Shown piece after piece: positions 46,642 to 58,700 of a DNA stretch of 64,000 bases. The stretch lies in IMG/VR virus record IMGVR_UViG_3300046167_000801. One strand, given 5' to 3'. The stretch is from a virus. Taxonomy: Duplodnaviria; Caudoviricetes. The notes beneath the pieces are model-generated. The model saw only the letters and a list, made by a program, of their open reading frames with translations, was not told the origin of the DNA and searched no databases. The number at the start of each line of letters is the position of its first letter. Position 1 is the first letter of the stretch. The position numbers were made by a program, and so were the translations under genes.

Positions 46642-48303
46642 ATGTATGCAATCGGGATCTCATCTTATTATCACGACTCGTCTTTATGTTTATTTAAAGA
46701 CGGGAAATTAATATTCGCGTGTGAAGAAGAGAAATTCACGGGAGTAAAACATGACTATAGTTTTCCTAAGAAAGTACTAAACTATGTTACAAAAAAGTAT
46801 TCTTTAACAAAGGAAAATGTAGAGGTGGTTTGTTTTTATGAAGATGTTGAGTTGAAAAGTCAAAGAGTTAAAGAATACTCAAAAAAACAATTACTAACCA
46901 AACCCTTATTATCAATTAGAAGAGTATGGGAATCTTATAGAAATAGACGAGAGTTAAAAAAACTACTACCTAATATTTCTGATAATATTTTTTTCTCAAA
47001 ACATCATCATTCACACTTATATTATTCATCATTTAGTTCTCCTTATAAAACCTCCGCAGTAGTTTCTATTGATGGTGTAGGAGAATACGACACAACAACC
47101 ATATCCAAATACGATGGGGGGGTTTTAGATGTTGAAACCATTTCATCTTACCCACATTCTTTAGGTTTGTTTTATTCTGCAATGACCTCATTCTTAGGGT
47201 TTAGACCAAACGAGGGTGAATACAAAGTTATGGGATTAACATCTTATGGGAATAAAACTAAGTTGGTTGGGAAGGTCAGTAAATTAATAAAATTCGAAAA
47301 CGGAGAAATAAAATGTAATTTAAAATATTTTAATTGGCATAAGTCAGATAAAATTATGTACAACTATGAGTTATCTGAATTATTGGGTTTGTTACCAAGG
47401 ACTCCTGACGAAAAAATAAAAAAAATACATAAGGATTTAGCATATGCGGTTCAACATGTTTATGAAAAGGTGTTGTTTGATCTTTTGGATTATGTTGGTA
47501 AAAAGTATCGGACTAGTAATTTATGTTTGGGTGGTGGATGTGCGTATAATGGGTTGGCGAATGGTAAGATATATCGAAACACTGGATTTAGGAAGGTATG
47601 GGTACCACCAGCACCATCTGATGCAGGGTCCTCTATAGGTTCTGTAATTAATTATTATATTAACAACGGGACAAATGTTGAGATACCCAATACCCCGTTT
47701 TTGGGTCCATCGTACACCGTAAATTCAAAATCCAAGAAACAGTTGGGTGATAGGAAGACCATGTATCTTAGTAATAAAAATTTATATAGAATAGTTGCCA
47801 AACAAATAAGAAAGGGTAAAGTCGTCGGTTGGTTTAGGAATGAAATAGAATTTGGTGCAAGAGCATTGGGGAATAGATCAATTTTAGCCGACCCTACAAA
47901 CCCTAAAATGAAGGATAGAATAAATAAAATGGTAAAAAGGAGGGAAGGATTTAGACCTTTTGCACCTATGGTAACTAAAGAAAGACAACATGAATATTTT
48001 ATAATGAATGACGATTTGAGATATATGAATCAAGTTGTTGAGGTTCGTGACCGATATAGGGATGTTCTTGTCTCCACAACCCATGTTGACGGTACCGCAC
48101 GAGTACAAACAGTTTATCATGATAATGACATACATAATCTTTTAAGGGAATTCGAGTTTTTAACGTCACACCCTGTACTGTTAAACACATCATTCAACAT
48201 TAAAGATAAGACAATGGTCTTAACCCCTAAAGACGCATTAGATACTTTTGACTCAACAGACATTGATGTATTAGTCTTAAATAATATCGTAATTTTTAAA
48301 TAA
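46642..48303 (+). CDS. Carbamoyltransferase, NodU/CmcH/TobZ family (553 aa)
   Basis: HDSS, EEEKF, HHHSH, IDGVGE, GEYKVMGL, GGCAYN, DAG, EFGARALGNRS, RPFAP, HVDGTARVQT and LNTSFN motifs in the canonical order. Confidence 0.93.
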   Translation: MYAIGISSYYHDSSLCLFKDGKLIFACEEEKFTGVKHDYSFPKKVLNYVTKKYSLTKENVEVVCFYEDVELKSQRVKEYSKKQLLTKPLLSIRRVWESYRNRRELKKLLPNISDNIFFSKHHHSHLYYSSFSSPYKTSAVVSIDGVGEYDTTTISKYDGGVLDVETISSYPHSLGLFYSAMTSFLGFRPNEGEYKVMGLTSYGNKTKLVGKVSKLIKFENGEIKCNLKYFNWHKSDKIMYNYELSELLGLLPRTPDEKIKKIHKDLAYAVQHVYEKVLFDLLDYVGKKYRTSNLCLGGGCAYNGLANGKIYRNTGFRKVWVPPAPSDAGSSIGSVINYYINNGTNVEIPNTPFLGPSYTVNSKSKKQLGDRKTMYLSNKNLYRIVAKQIRKGKVVGWFRNEIEFGARALGNRSILADPTNPKMKDRINKMVKRREGFRPFAPMVTKERQHEYFIMNDDLRYMNQVVEVRDRYRDVLVSTTHVDGTARVQTVYHDNDIHNLLREFEFLTSHPVLLNTSFNIKDKTMVLTPKDALDTFDSTDIDVLVLNNIVIFK

Positions 48304-48422
48304 TGTTTAGAAAAATAATTAGATGGTTTAAGGACCGAAAAGAAAAGAAAAAAAGAGAGTTAAGATATAAGGAAAAAATAGAGAGGTTAAAAAAACAAGA
48401 CCCATTTACCTATAAGCATTAG
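48303..48422 (+). CDS. Small basic peptide ending DPFTYKH (39 aa), not in the ORF track
   Basis: TAATG-coupled to the carbamoyltransferase: MFRKIIRWFKDRKEKKKRELRYKEKIERLKKQDPFTYKH. Confidence 0.7.
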   Translation: MFRKIIRWFKDRKEKKKRELRYKEKIERLKKQDPFTYKH

Positions 48423-48423
48423 T

Positions 48424-49692
48424 ATGAAAGTAATTCACACATACATAGACAAACAAAACTTAATATGGAAAGAGTTATTATACACTCAATATTTAAGTGC
48501 CATTTTAGCCAAAAAACATTATGGAAGTATAAGTTTCTACGGTGATGAAATTTCATGTAAACAAATAAAAGATATTGGCATACCTTACGATGAGATAAAT
48601 CATGACATACTCGTCAAAGGAGATACGGACACGTGGAGTATTCCAAAAATAAAGGTATATGAATCAATAAAAGAACCTTTTCTTCATATTGATACCGACA
48701 CATTACTCTTTAATAAAATATTATTGGATAGATATGATAGTGACTATATTTTTAGTCACAGGGATATGTTTATTGATGGTAAGGGTGAGACACTCAAGAA
48801 CCTTTTTATTTATTGGTTTTGTAATTTGGATGAAAAGGAGATGGATCAAAATAAATACCCTTTTAGATCCTTAGTGAAAGACAGTAACAATAAGATACCT
48901 AAAATAATTTTAGAAAAAACGTCAAAAGATATGGATTACCCCCATGTCGATAGAACTTACAGTAAATTGTTCTTCGATTTGATGGAAAATATGAGTGATA
49001 AGGTCTTTGATGAAGTTCACTTTGAATCTATACCAAACATGAACATTACGTACGTAAGAAACCATGAAACCTTTGGTAAAGTATGTAGGGAAACCCTAAA
49101 TCATTATTATTCAAATAAAAAAAGGATAGACGATGAGGTTTACGGTTCTTGTTATATAGAACAACTAATGTTACACACAAATTTAAGATTGCATGATAAA
49201 AAATATAAAAAATCAAGTAAGAAAGGGAACAATTTCGTATTTGATGATATACCCTTATCAATCGTAGACGCTCACAATAACGTACCTGATATTAATAGTG
49301 TAAAGTTTCCATTTAAACTAAAAGTAAACAATAATGATCATTTTAAATTTGATTGTTGCGACCGCGTGATAATATCCCCTCTATCTAAAACCAAAAAAAA
49401 ACCTGATGACTCCTATGAATTAATTATTAATGATATTGATGACATTAAAAATTATTTTGATCATGAGTTTAATGGTTTTTTTCATACCACATATATGAAA
49501 TGGTATGATATTATACAAGTTATCATAATTGACAAACTAAGAAAGGAGATCGGAGATGACGAGATAAGGAGAATACATGACTATTTTAGAAAACATTACC
49601 CTTCAAGAGGATTACCAACTACTTCCAACGGAGAAAGACTCTACACAAGACTTACCGGGTTTAAATTTCATGGAACCACATCATTAATTTAG
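48424..49692 (+). CDS. DUF6734-like protein, putative nucleotide-sugar transferase fold (422 aa)
   Basis: SAILAKKHYG.I.FY.D, WSIPKI.VY....PFLHIDTD (DxD) and IEQ motifs. Confidence 0.55.
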   Translation: MKVIHTYIDKQNLIWKELLYTQYLSAILAKKHYGSISFYGDEISCKQIKDIGIPYDEINHDILVKGDTDTWSIPKIKVYESIKEPFLHIDTDTLLFNKILLDRYDSDYIFSHRDMFIDGKGETLKNLFIYWFCNLDEKEMDQNKYPFRSLVKDSNNKIPKIILEKTSKDMDYPHVDRTYSKLFFDLMENMSDKVFDEVHFESIPNMNITYVRNHETFGKVCRETLNHYYSNKKRIDDEVYGSCYIEQLMLHTNLRLHDKKYKKSSKKGNNFVFDDIPLSIVDAHNNVPDINSVKFPFKLKVNNNDHFKFDCCDRVIISPLSKTKKKPDDSYELIINDIDDIKNYFDHEFNGFFHTTYMKWYDIIQVIIIDKLRKEIGDDEIRRIHDYFRKHYPSRGLPTTSNGERLYTRLTGFKFHGTTSLI

Positions 49693-49752
49693 AAAAAATA
49701 TATTTAGTCCTTATAAATCTCATCAAAACCAAATTACTATTGAATTATAAAG

Positions 49753-49786
49753 TATTTATCTAATAAGAAAAACGTTTTTATAGATG
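49753..49786 (+). promoter_or_regulatory. TATTTATC late-type element plus hairpin leader of fibre 2
   Basis: TATTTATC 49753-49760; AAAAACGTTTTT palindrome 49768-49779; ATCTA (49758-49762) can pair with TAGAT (49781-49785) over the ATG. Confidence 0.45.
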
Positions 49787-52700
49787 AATATATTTGATCC
49801 ACACATTACAGGATCCCTATCCGTTTCCGCATCTGCAGAAATACAAGGGGATTTAACAGTACAAGGAACTATCTATGGTACTGCACAGATTGACGGAAGT
49901 GTTGATAATGCAATAAGTGCATCACACGCCGCCTCCTACTTACTCACATCAAGTTTTAATGATTATAAAAATACCGCAGCTACTACTGGAAGTAATATAT
50001 TCATTGGGGATCAAACAATTAGTGGATCGTTGTTACCTCAAGGAACACTTACTCATGATTTGGGTAGCGACACTAAAAGATGGAATGATATATATTTAGC
50101 GGGAAGTACTATCGATTTGGGTGGTACAAAAATAACTAAGAATAGTGATGGTGATGTACAACTTCACGATAGTGGTAATACTTTAAAAAGATTAATTGCA
50201 TCTGAAATTGAGTTAGGTCACGGATCGAACAAGAAAGTTCTTAAAGTAAATAATGGTCGTTTAAAGTTAATGGCCACTAACGACAGTGATGAAGAGTTAG
50301 CCCAATTATCGGGTTCGTTCACTGGTTCTTTTAGAGGAGATGGTAGTGGTTTAATTAATGTTCCCGCAAGTGGGGTTACGGGTCTAAGTTTAGATCGGAT
50401 TGCAAGTACAACAGCAACCGCGTCGATATCCTCAGACAGTTTGATAACTAATGTTTCAATTATACCTAGTATCACAAATACAATTGATTTAGGTGCACCC
50501 GACAAGGAGTGGAGAGATTTATATCTTTCATCAGGGTCATTATATATAAATGGACAACAAGTACTTTCAACTACAGGTACTGAATTAAGAGTCACTACAG
50601 ATAGTGGTGAATCAATAAAAATATTAGAAACGGGTTCTGATACTATCACACTACAAACAGTTGATGGTGATATTACATTAAGTTCTTCAGGAACGGGTAA
50701 TATAGAATTAGATGCACCTATACAAATAACGGCGGGTAATAAAATAATATCTTCAGACGGAAACTCAATTGTTTTTGGTAATGGATTGATTATTACTGGT
50801 AGTATTGGATTAACAGGTACTGTCGATGGGGTTGATGTGGCATCACTAAAAACAGATGTAGACGCTATTTTAGATTCTTCTGAAGCCGATAAAGATTCGT
50901 TTGCTGAAATCGTAGGATTAATCAATAGCGTTGATACTGCGAATGACCAAGCATTTGCGGCACATTATACCGCAAGTAATAATAGACTTAGTTCATTAGA
51001 AACAACTAGTGGTTCACATGATGGGAGATTAAGTTCATTAGAAACAACGAGTGGTTCACACTCATCTAAATTAAACTCTTTAGAATTAGCGTCAGGTTCT
51101 ATAATTGAAAGGTTAGGGGAGATAGAGTTTATTACGGGATCACATGACGGTAGGTTAGATGGATTAGAAACATTTACGGGTAGTGTGGATGGTACTATAA
51201 GGTCTGACTTTAATAGTTATACCTCATCCAACGACTCAACTAATACAAATCAAAATAGTAGATTAGGTAGTTTAGAAACCAAAAGTGGTTCTTTAAATAC
51301 CGATATTAAATCAAAACTAAATACGGAAAATGTTGTTTCAGGTTCTGAGTTTGTTTTAAATTCAACCTCACCAATAACACAATATGTTGATGTTACCGTA
51401 ACTGCAAGTGGTGGTGTATATTATATAGATGGTGTAGAACAACAAATTGTCTCATTAGCGAAAGGACTAGTTTATAGGTTTGATGTGTCAGACTCTTCAA
51501 ATGCAGGACATCCATTTAGATTCTCAACGACAGATAACAATCAATACACAGATGGTGTAACTGTAAATGGTACTGAAGGTAGATCAGGGGCATACGTTCA
51601 AATTATTGTAAATCAAGACACACCACAAACACTATTATACTATTGTACCAATCATAATGGTATGGGTAATAAAGTTTTCGTCGGTGGAGCTGGTGACACA
51701 GACTCAATTACAGAAGGATCAACTAACCTTTACTATACGGATGCTAGAGTTAAATCCAAATTAAATACGGAAACTGTTATTAGTGGTTCTGAACAAGTTG
51801 ATATAACAAATACTACAAATTATAATTTAGTTACCAATAGAATTGGTTCTTTAGAATCATTCACTGCGAGTATTGATGATACATATGCGAGTGATACTGA
51901 TGTAACAACTCTTAGGAATGATTTAAATACCTATACATCATCTAATGATTCTACGAATACAAATCAAAATAGTAGATTAGGTAGTTTAGAAACCAAAAGT
52001 GGTTCACACGATGGTAGATTAGATAGTATAGAATCATTCACAAGTAGTATTGATGATACTTACGCAACTGATACTGATGTAACAACTCTTAGGAATGATT
52101 TAAATACCTATACATCATCCAACGATTCAACCAATACATCACAAAATAATAGATTAGGTTCATTAGAAACCAAAACAGGTAGTTTAGATAGCGATATAAC
52201 TGATCTAAGGGGTGATTTAAATACCTACACGTCTTCAAACGAAACAGATAAACAAAACTTAAGTGGTAGGGTAGATTCTTTAGAGACTAAAACTGGGAGT
52301 TTAACAACCGATATAAATACTTTAGATGGTAGGGTTGATTCCATAGAGTCATTTACCGCAAGTATTGATGATACTTATGCTACTGACACAGATGTAACTA
52401 ACCTAACCAACAGAGTTGGTAGTTTAGAAACCAAAAGTGGTTCATTAGAAACTACGAATACTACTCAGAATAATAGATTAGGGTCACTTGAAACAACTTC
52501 AGGTTCTCATGACGGAAGGTTAGATTCATTAGAAACCAAGACAGGTAGTTTAGATACCACCAATACCAATCAAGACGGTAGATTAGATTCAATAGAATCA
52601 TTCACTGCGAGTATTGATGATACATATGCGAGTGATACAGATGTTACTACATTAAGAAATGATTTAAATACTTATACCTCATCTAACAACACAACCAACC

Positions 52701-55700
52701 AAAACCAAGATATTAGATTAACTAGTTTAGAAACTGAAAGTGGTAGTGTTAGAAGTGATTTTAATACCTACACATCATCTAACGATTCGACCAATACATC
52801 ACAAAATAATAGATTAAGTTCTTTAGAAACTAAGACTGGTAGTTTAGATGGTAATATTACAGGTTTAGATGGTAGGTTAGATACAATAGAAGGTGGTTTA
52901 GAATTTACAGGTTCTAACGTAACTATCAAAGGTGATCTTTTAGTTAAGGGAACAGAAACAAGAGTGGATTCAACAACTGTTGAGATCGGTGATAATATCA
53001 TATCTTTAAATGGTAGTGGGGCACAAAATGCGGGTATAGAGGTTAGAGACAACACTTCTCCTGATTTATTATCGGGTTCATTATTATGGGACGGACAAAA
53101 CAACTATTGGAAGGGTGGTCAAAAAGGATCTGAAGAAAGATTATTAGATAATACCGATTTAACCACTTTAGATAGTAGATTAGATGGTATCGAGGCAGAA
53201 ACAGGAAGTTATCTTACAGACTACAACAATGAATACACAACAGGTGCTACATTTAATAGTGGTAACGGTGTAATTACATTTAAAAGAAATGATGGTGACA
53301 CATTTACTGTTGATATAGACGGTAGATTTTTAGACACAAGGGCACAAGTACATAGTGAATTATATAGTACAAATGGTGACGCTAATGATTATACAGAATT
53401 TGGTATATATAGAAATTACGCGTCTAACGGACCTATCAGTGGTCACAACACAATATTACATGTATCTCAAACAGACGGTAATTATGGTTTCCAATTAGGG
53501 GGATCAACAATAGTTAATGGTGACGGATTATACTTTAGAAATTTTGCGGGTACTGACTCAATAACGGGATCAACGTGGTATCACATCGCAACAAGAGATT
53601 GGGTTGATGATCAAAATTTCCTAACAGACTATAATGATGAATATACGACAGGTGCCACTTTTAATACTAGTGACGGTGTAATTACATTCAAAAGAAATGA
53701 TGGGGATACGTTTACCGTAGACATTGACGGAAGATTCCTAACAAGTTATTCTGAGACAGACACCTTAGATAGTGTAACTACAAGAGGGAATATTACAACA
53801 AACGACATAACTGTTGGTAATATAACTGCAGGACCCACTCTCGAATTGGGGGGTAATTTTAGTATACAAGGTACTGACGGAACTTACTACCAAAGAATAA
53901 AAACTATTGACACTTCATCAACAAGTGCGAATACTTTTAGTTTTGATGTTAAATTAGGAGCGAGTGCGAATTGGAAATCATTATTAATACTTAACCAAAA
54001 CGATACCGCTACTTTTTCAGGAGAAGTTATTGCTACTTCATTCACTAAAAGTGGGGGTACATCATCACAATTCTTAAAGGCGGATGGTAGTGTAGATTCA
54101 AATACATATTTAACACAGCACCCACCAATTGCATCACCAGCGTCTTCTAACAATAGTGGAAGAACATATATCCAAGATATACTATTAGACGGTAATGGAC
54201 ACGTAACAGGACTAACTACGGCCACTGAAACTGTCGTCAATACAGACACAAATGATATTGACTATGTGAGTTCCGCAACATTCAATACGGGTACAGGTGT
54301 AATAACAGGTACTGGTGTGGGTAATGCCGGATTTACTGTTGATATTGATGGTAGGTACGTTGAGTTAGGTGGAGGTACGATGACGGGTGGTTTAATTACA
54401 ACAAATTTACAAGTTCATGGAGGTTCCTCACAAATAGTTTTAAAAGACACAACGGACGATGACGACCATTCTATATTATTTAGAAATAACGCCGACGGTG
54501 ACGATTACAAGATAACAACCAAAGACTTTACGTCAGCCGCTACGGGAGACGGATTCTACCTTGGTTCAACGGGGGGTGACAACGTTGCATTAGTAACAAA
54601 CAACACAACCGCATTAAATATCGACACTTCTCAGAATTCGGTCTTTTCAGGGAACGTTACTGCATCTTCATTTATTAAAAGTGGGGGTACTTCATCTCAA
54701 TTCTTGAAAGCGGACGGTAGTGTTGATAGTAATACCTATTTAACACAACACCCGAATATATCTGCAGCATCTTCATCTAATAATAGTGGTCGAACTTACA
54801 TACAAGACATATTACTTGATAGTAATGGTCATGTTACAGGTTTAACAACTGCAAGTGAGACTGTAACTAATACAGACGAATTTACAACAGGTGCAACATT
54901 CAATACAGGTAACGGTATTATCACATTCACAAGAAATGACGGAGATACTTATACTGTAGATATTGATGGTAGGTATTTAACGTCATTCACAGAAACCGAT
55001 CCAATATTTACGGCTCATGCCGCTTACAATATCACATCGACTCAAATAACTAATTGGGATACCGCATATGGATGGGGTGACCATGCAGATGAAAATTACC
55101 TAACACAACACCCTAATGTAAATGCGGCAAGTAGTTCTAACAACAGTGGTAGAACATATATACAAGATATTTTATTAGATGGTAATGGTCATGTTACAGG
55201 TATAACCACATCATCAGAAACTGTGGTCAATACCGATGAATATACGACAGGTTCTACTTTTAATAGTGGTACGGGTATCATTACATTCACAAGAAATGAT
55301 GGTGACACTTATACTGTTGATATATCTGCAACATTATCGGAAGTTACTGTAACGGGTGGTACATATGATGGTTCAAGTCAAACATTAACATTGACAAAAT
55401 CAGATGGCGACACGGTAGATGTTACGGGTTTTGCGTTGGATACTGACGTAAACTACTATCTAACAGGTGCAACATTCAATACAGGTACAGGTGTAATCAC
55501 TTATAAAGTTAAGGGTGCATCCGATGTTACTGTTGATATTGATGGAAGATACTTACCACTTAGTGGGGGTACTATTTCAAGTAATAACACATATACTTTA
55601 AAGTTAGAAAACTCAAGTAATGGGTTAGGTACGGGAATTGAATTTAGTGATAACCCAGGGGCTGGTACACAAAGAGCATATATAACACATTACCATGGTG

Positions 55701-58700
55701 ACGGTTCTAGTTATGGTTCTGGTGCGTCTATAGTGTTATCAACAAATCAACCCACAATGACAATACTTGCCGATGGTAAGTTAATGTACAAAGAAGGTAT
55801 ATACTCCAAACCGGCGACAGGTACAGGTGCGGGTACAAGAAAAGATCAAAATTGGGATACCGCTTATGGGTGGGGAGACCACAGTACTGTTGGATATCTA
55901 ACTGGTTTTACTGAAACCTATACCGAACATGAGAATATAAGTGCGGCTTCCTCCTCTAATAATAGTGGAAGGACATACATTCAAGATATATTAGTTGATA
56001 GTAATGGTCATATAACTGGTATCACTACCGCAACAGAAACTGTTACTAATACAGACACAATCGATTATATTAATTCAGCGACATTCAATACAGGTACAGG
56101 TGTAATAACAGGTACTGGTGTGGGTAACGCAGGATTCACTGTAGATATTGATGGTAGATTTGTAAAATTAGGTGGAGACACCATGACAGGTACTCTTGAC
56201 GTACACGTTCCTGATGCAGGTACAATATTAAGTTCAGGTAATTCATCTGCAACAGGTACACCTGACCAATTCTTCATTAAACACGTTAATGGTGGTGTTG
56301 CAATTGGGAACCTTAGAGGTGATATAAACTTCACAAGCGGTAACTTAAAGAATGACGGTAATCTCATATGGGATGCCGGTGATTTCACATCAACCAACAT
56401 AAGTAATTGGGACACCGCATATGGATGGGGTGATCACAGCACTGTAGGATACCTAACAGGATATACCGATACAAATGATATCGATTATGTTAATTCAGCA
56501 ACATTTAATACAGGTACAGGTGTCGTAACATTATCGGGTGTTGGAAATGCGGGTGCAACTGTTGACCTTGATGGTAGATACCTATTAGATACAACAGACA
56601 CATTTACGGGAGCACTTACAATTGCCGGTGATATAAGAGGTAATGGTCAACAACTAATATTAAACGCAGGTGAGTCCTACGCATATGCAACAGGACAGAC
56701 AAACGAATATGTTTATATCAATGCAGAACAAGGTCTTGAGGTTAATTCAGAAACAGGTAATTGGACAGTAAACGGATGGTCAGATAGAAAAACAGCATTA
56801 CTTAGAGGGGATTTACTTAGGTTAGATGGGGAAGACCTCACCAAAACTAATATCCAAAACTTCAAAACCGCATATGGATGGGGTGACCATTCCACTGAAG
56901 GGTACGTGAAAAATGACGAGTATACAACAGGTGCCACATTTAATAGTGGTAATGGTATAATCACATTTACAAGAAATGATGGTGACACATATACGGTTGA
57001 TGTAGACAATAGATATCTACAATTGTCGGGAGGATCGTTATCGGGTAATCTTAATATGACAGGTACTAACCCAATGATAAAGTTTGTTCCGACAGGAACT
57101 AATGATGGTGCGGGTATTAGATTTAACTACACCAATAATGATGGTGAAATGGAGTTTTGGACTTCTGATGATTATAGTGAACCATTTGTTTGGAGAGCAT
57201 ACGATGTAGGTTTAGATGGGACTGGAAACTATCAAGAGTGGATGAAACTCTACCAAAAGAAACTTTATATTGACGGTGAGGAATTAAGTAAAACAAACAT
57301 ACAGAACTTTAAAACCGCATATGCATGGGGTGACCATTCAATAGCGGGATACTCGGAAGTTGATTATTACACTACAGGTGCCACTTTTAATAATGGTTCA
57401 GGTACCCTTGAATTCACAAGAAATGATGGAAACACTTACAGTGTAAGTTTATCATCGGCCCTAGTAGACGTTACTGTAACGAGTGGTACATATAACAGTA
57501 GTAATCAGATACTAACCTTAACCAAATCAAACGGAAGTACCGTAGATATTTCAGGGTTTGCGGTTGATACAGATGTTAACTGGTATACGACAAGTGCATC
57601 ATTCAATACGAGTAACGGTATTATAACAGGGACACACCATGGAGGTACATGGACTGTCGATATTGATGGTAGGTATGGTTTAAAATCACTTTCAGAAAAT
57701 AAAACATATACAAGTGGTGGTAATGCTGTTGGTTCCTATTTAGGTGGACACTACTCAGGTGGTGGTACAGAAAAACCAAATTCAGCAACGTTTGGATCAG
57801 GAAAACTGAAGATAGCGATGCTATCAAACACTAACCTTGGATTCGGGGGATCTTGGAATGATGTACTTTGGATTAGTGCATATAATGGTAGTGATGTAAA
57901 AGGGTCACACGCATTGGTGTTCGACAAGTACAGTACAAATGTTTACGTCTCTGACCAATCATACGACTCGGCGTCATGGGGTACTGGATACCAATTATGG
58001 CACACCGGACACTTCCAACAAAGCAGTATTAATAATTGGAATACCGCATATGGATGGGGAGACCACTCAGCGGCAGGATATGCATCAGGTGACTTCCTAT
58101 TAAAATCTGGTGGAACTATGAGTGGTGCCATTAACATGAACGGTAGTGGTATTGATATGGTTAATGGTTCGATAAGTAATGTTAACCATATTACAATTGC
58201 AGACCCAGGACCAACAGAAGGTATTGAATGGTTAGGTGGTAATGGGTTTAGAATTGTTGAATCACCAAACGACTTAACAACAAACAGTGGTGGTAATTTA
58301 CAATTCGTTAAATCAAGTACAAGAATATTAACTTTAGGATCAAATGGTCAGTCAGAATTTACTGATAAGTTAACTCTAACATCTTCTACTTCAGGATCAA
58401 CAATATTTGATATCCAAGGTACAAGTGGCCAGTTATTCTCAATCACTGATGATTTGACGGGTGATCTATTCGCGGTTTCAGATTCATCAGGTGTACCAAT
58501 CCTAAATGTTAATGCGAATGGTGCGGTAACACTCGACCCACTTGGTTCTTTATATGTTGGAAATAATAAAGTAATTAATGGTAGTGGTAATATTGAGTTT
58601 GATGGACCTGTAACCACATCCAACCAAGGTAGAGGTATCTATTGGACAGGTTATGATAAAGAAGGTACCACAGATTTCTCAGATACCGCACATATATTAC

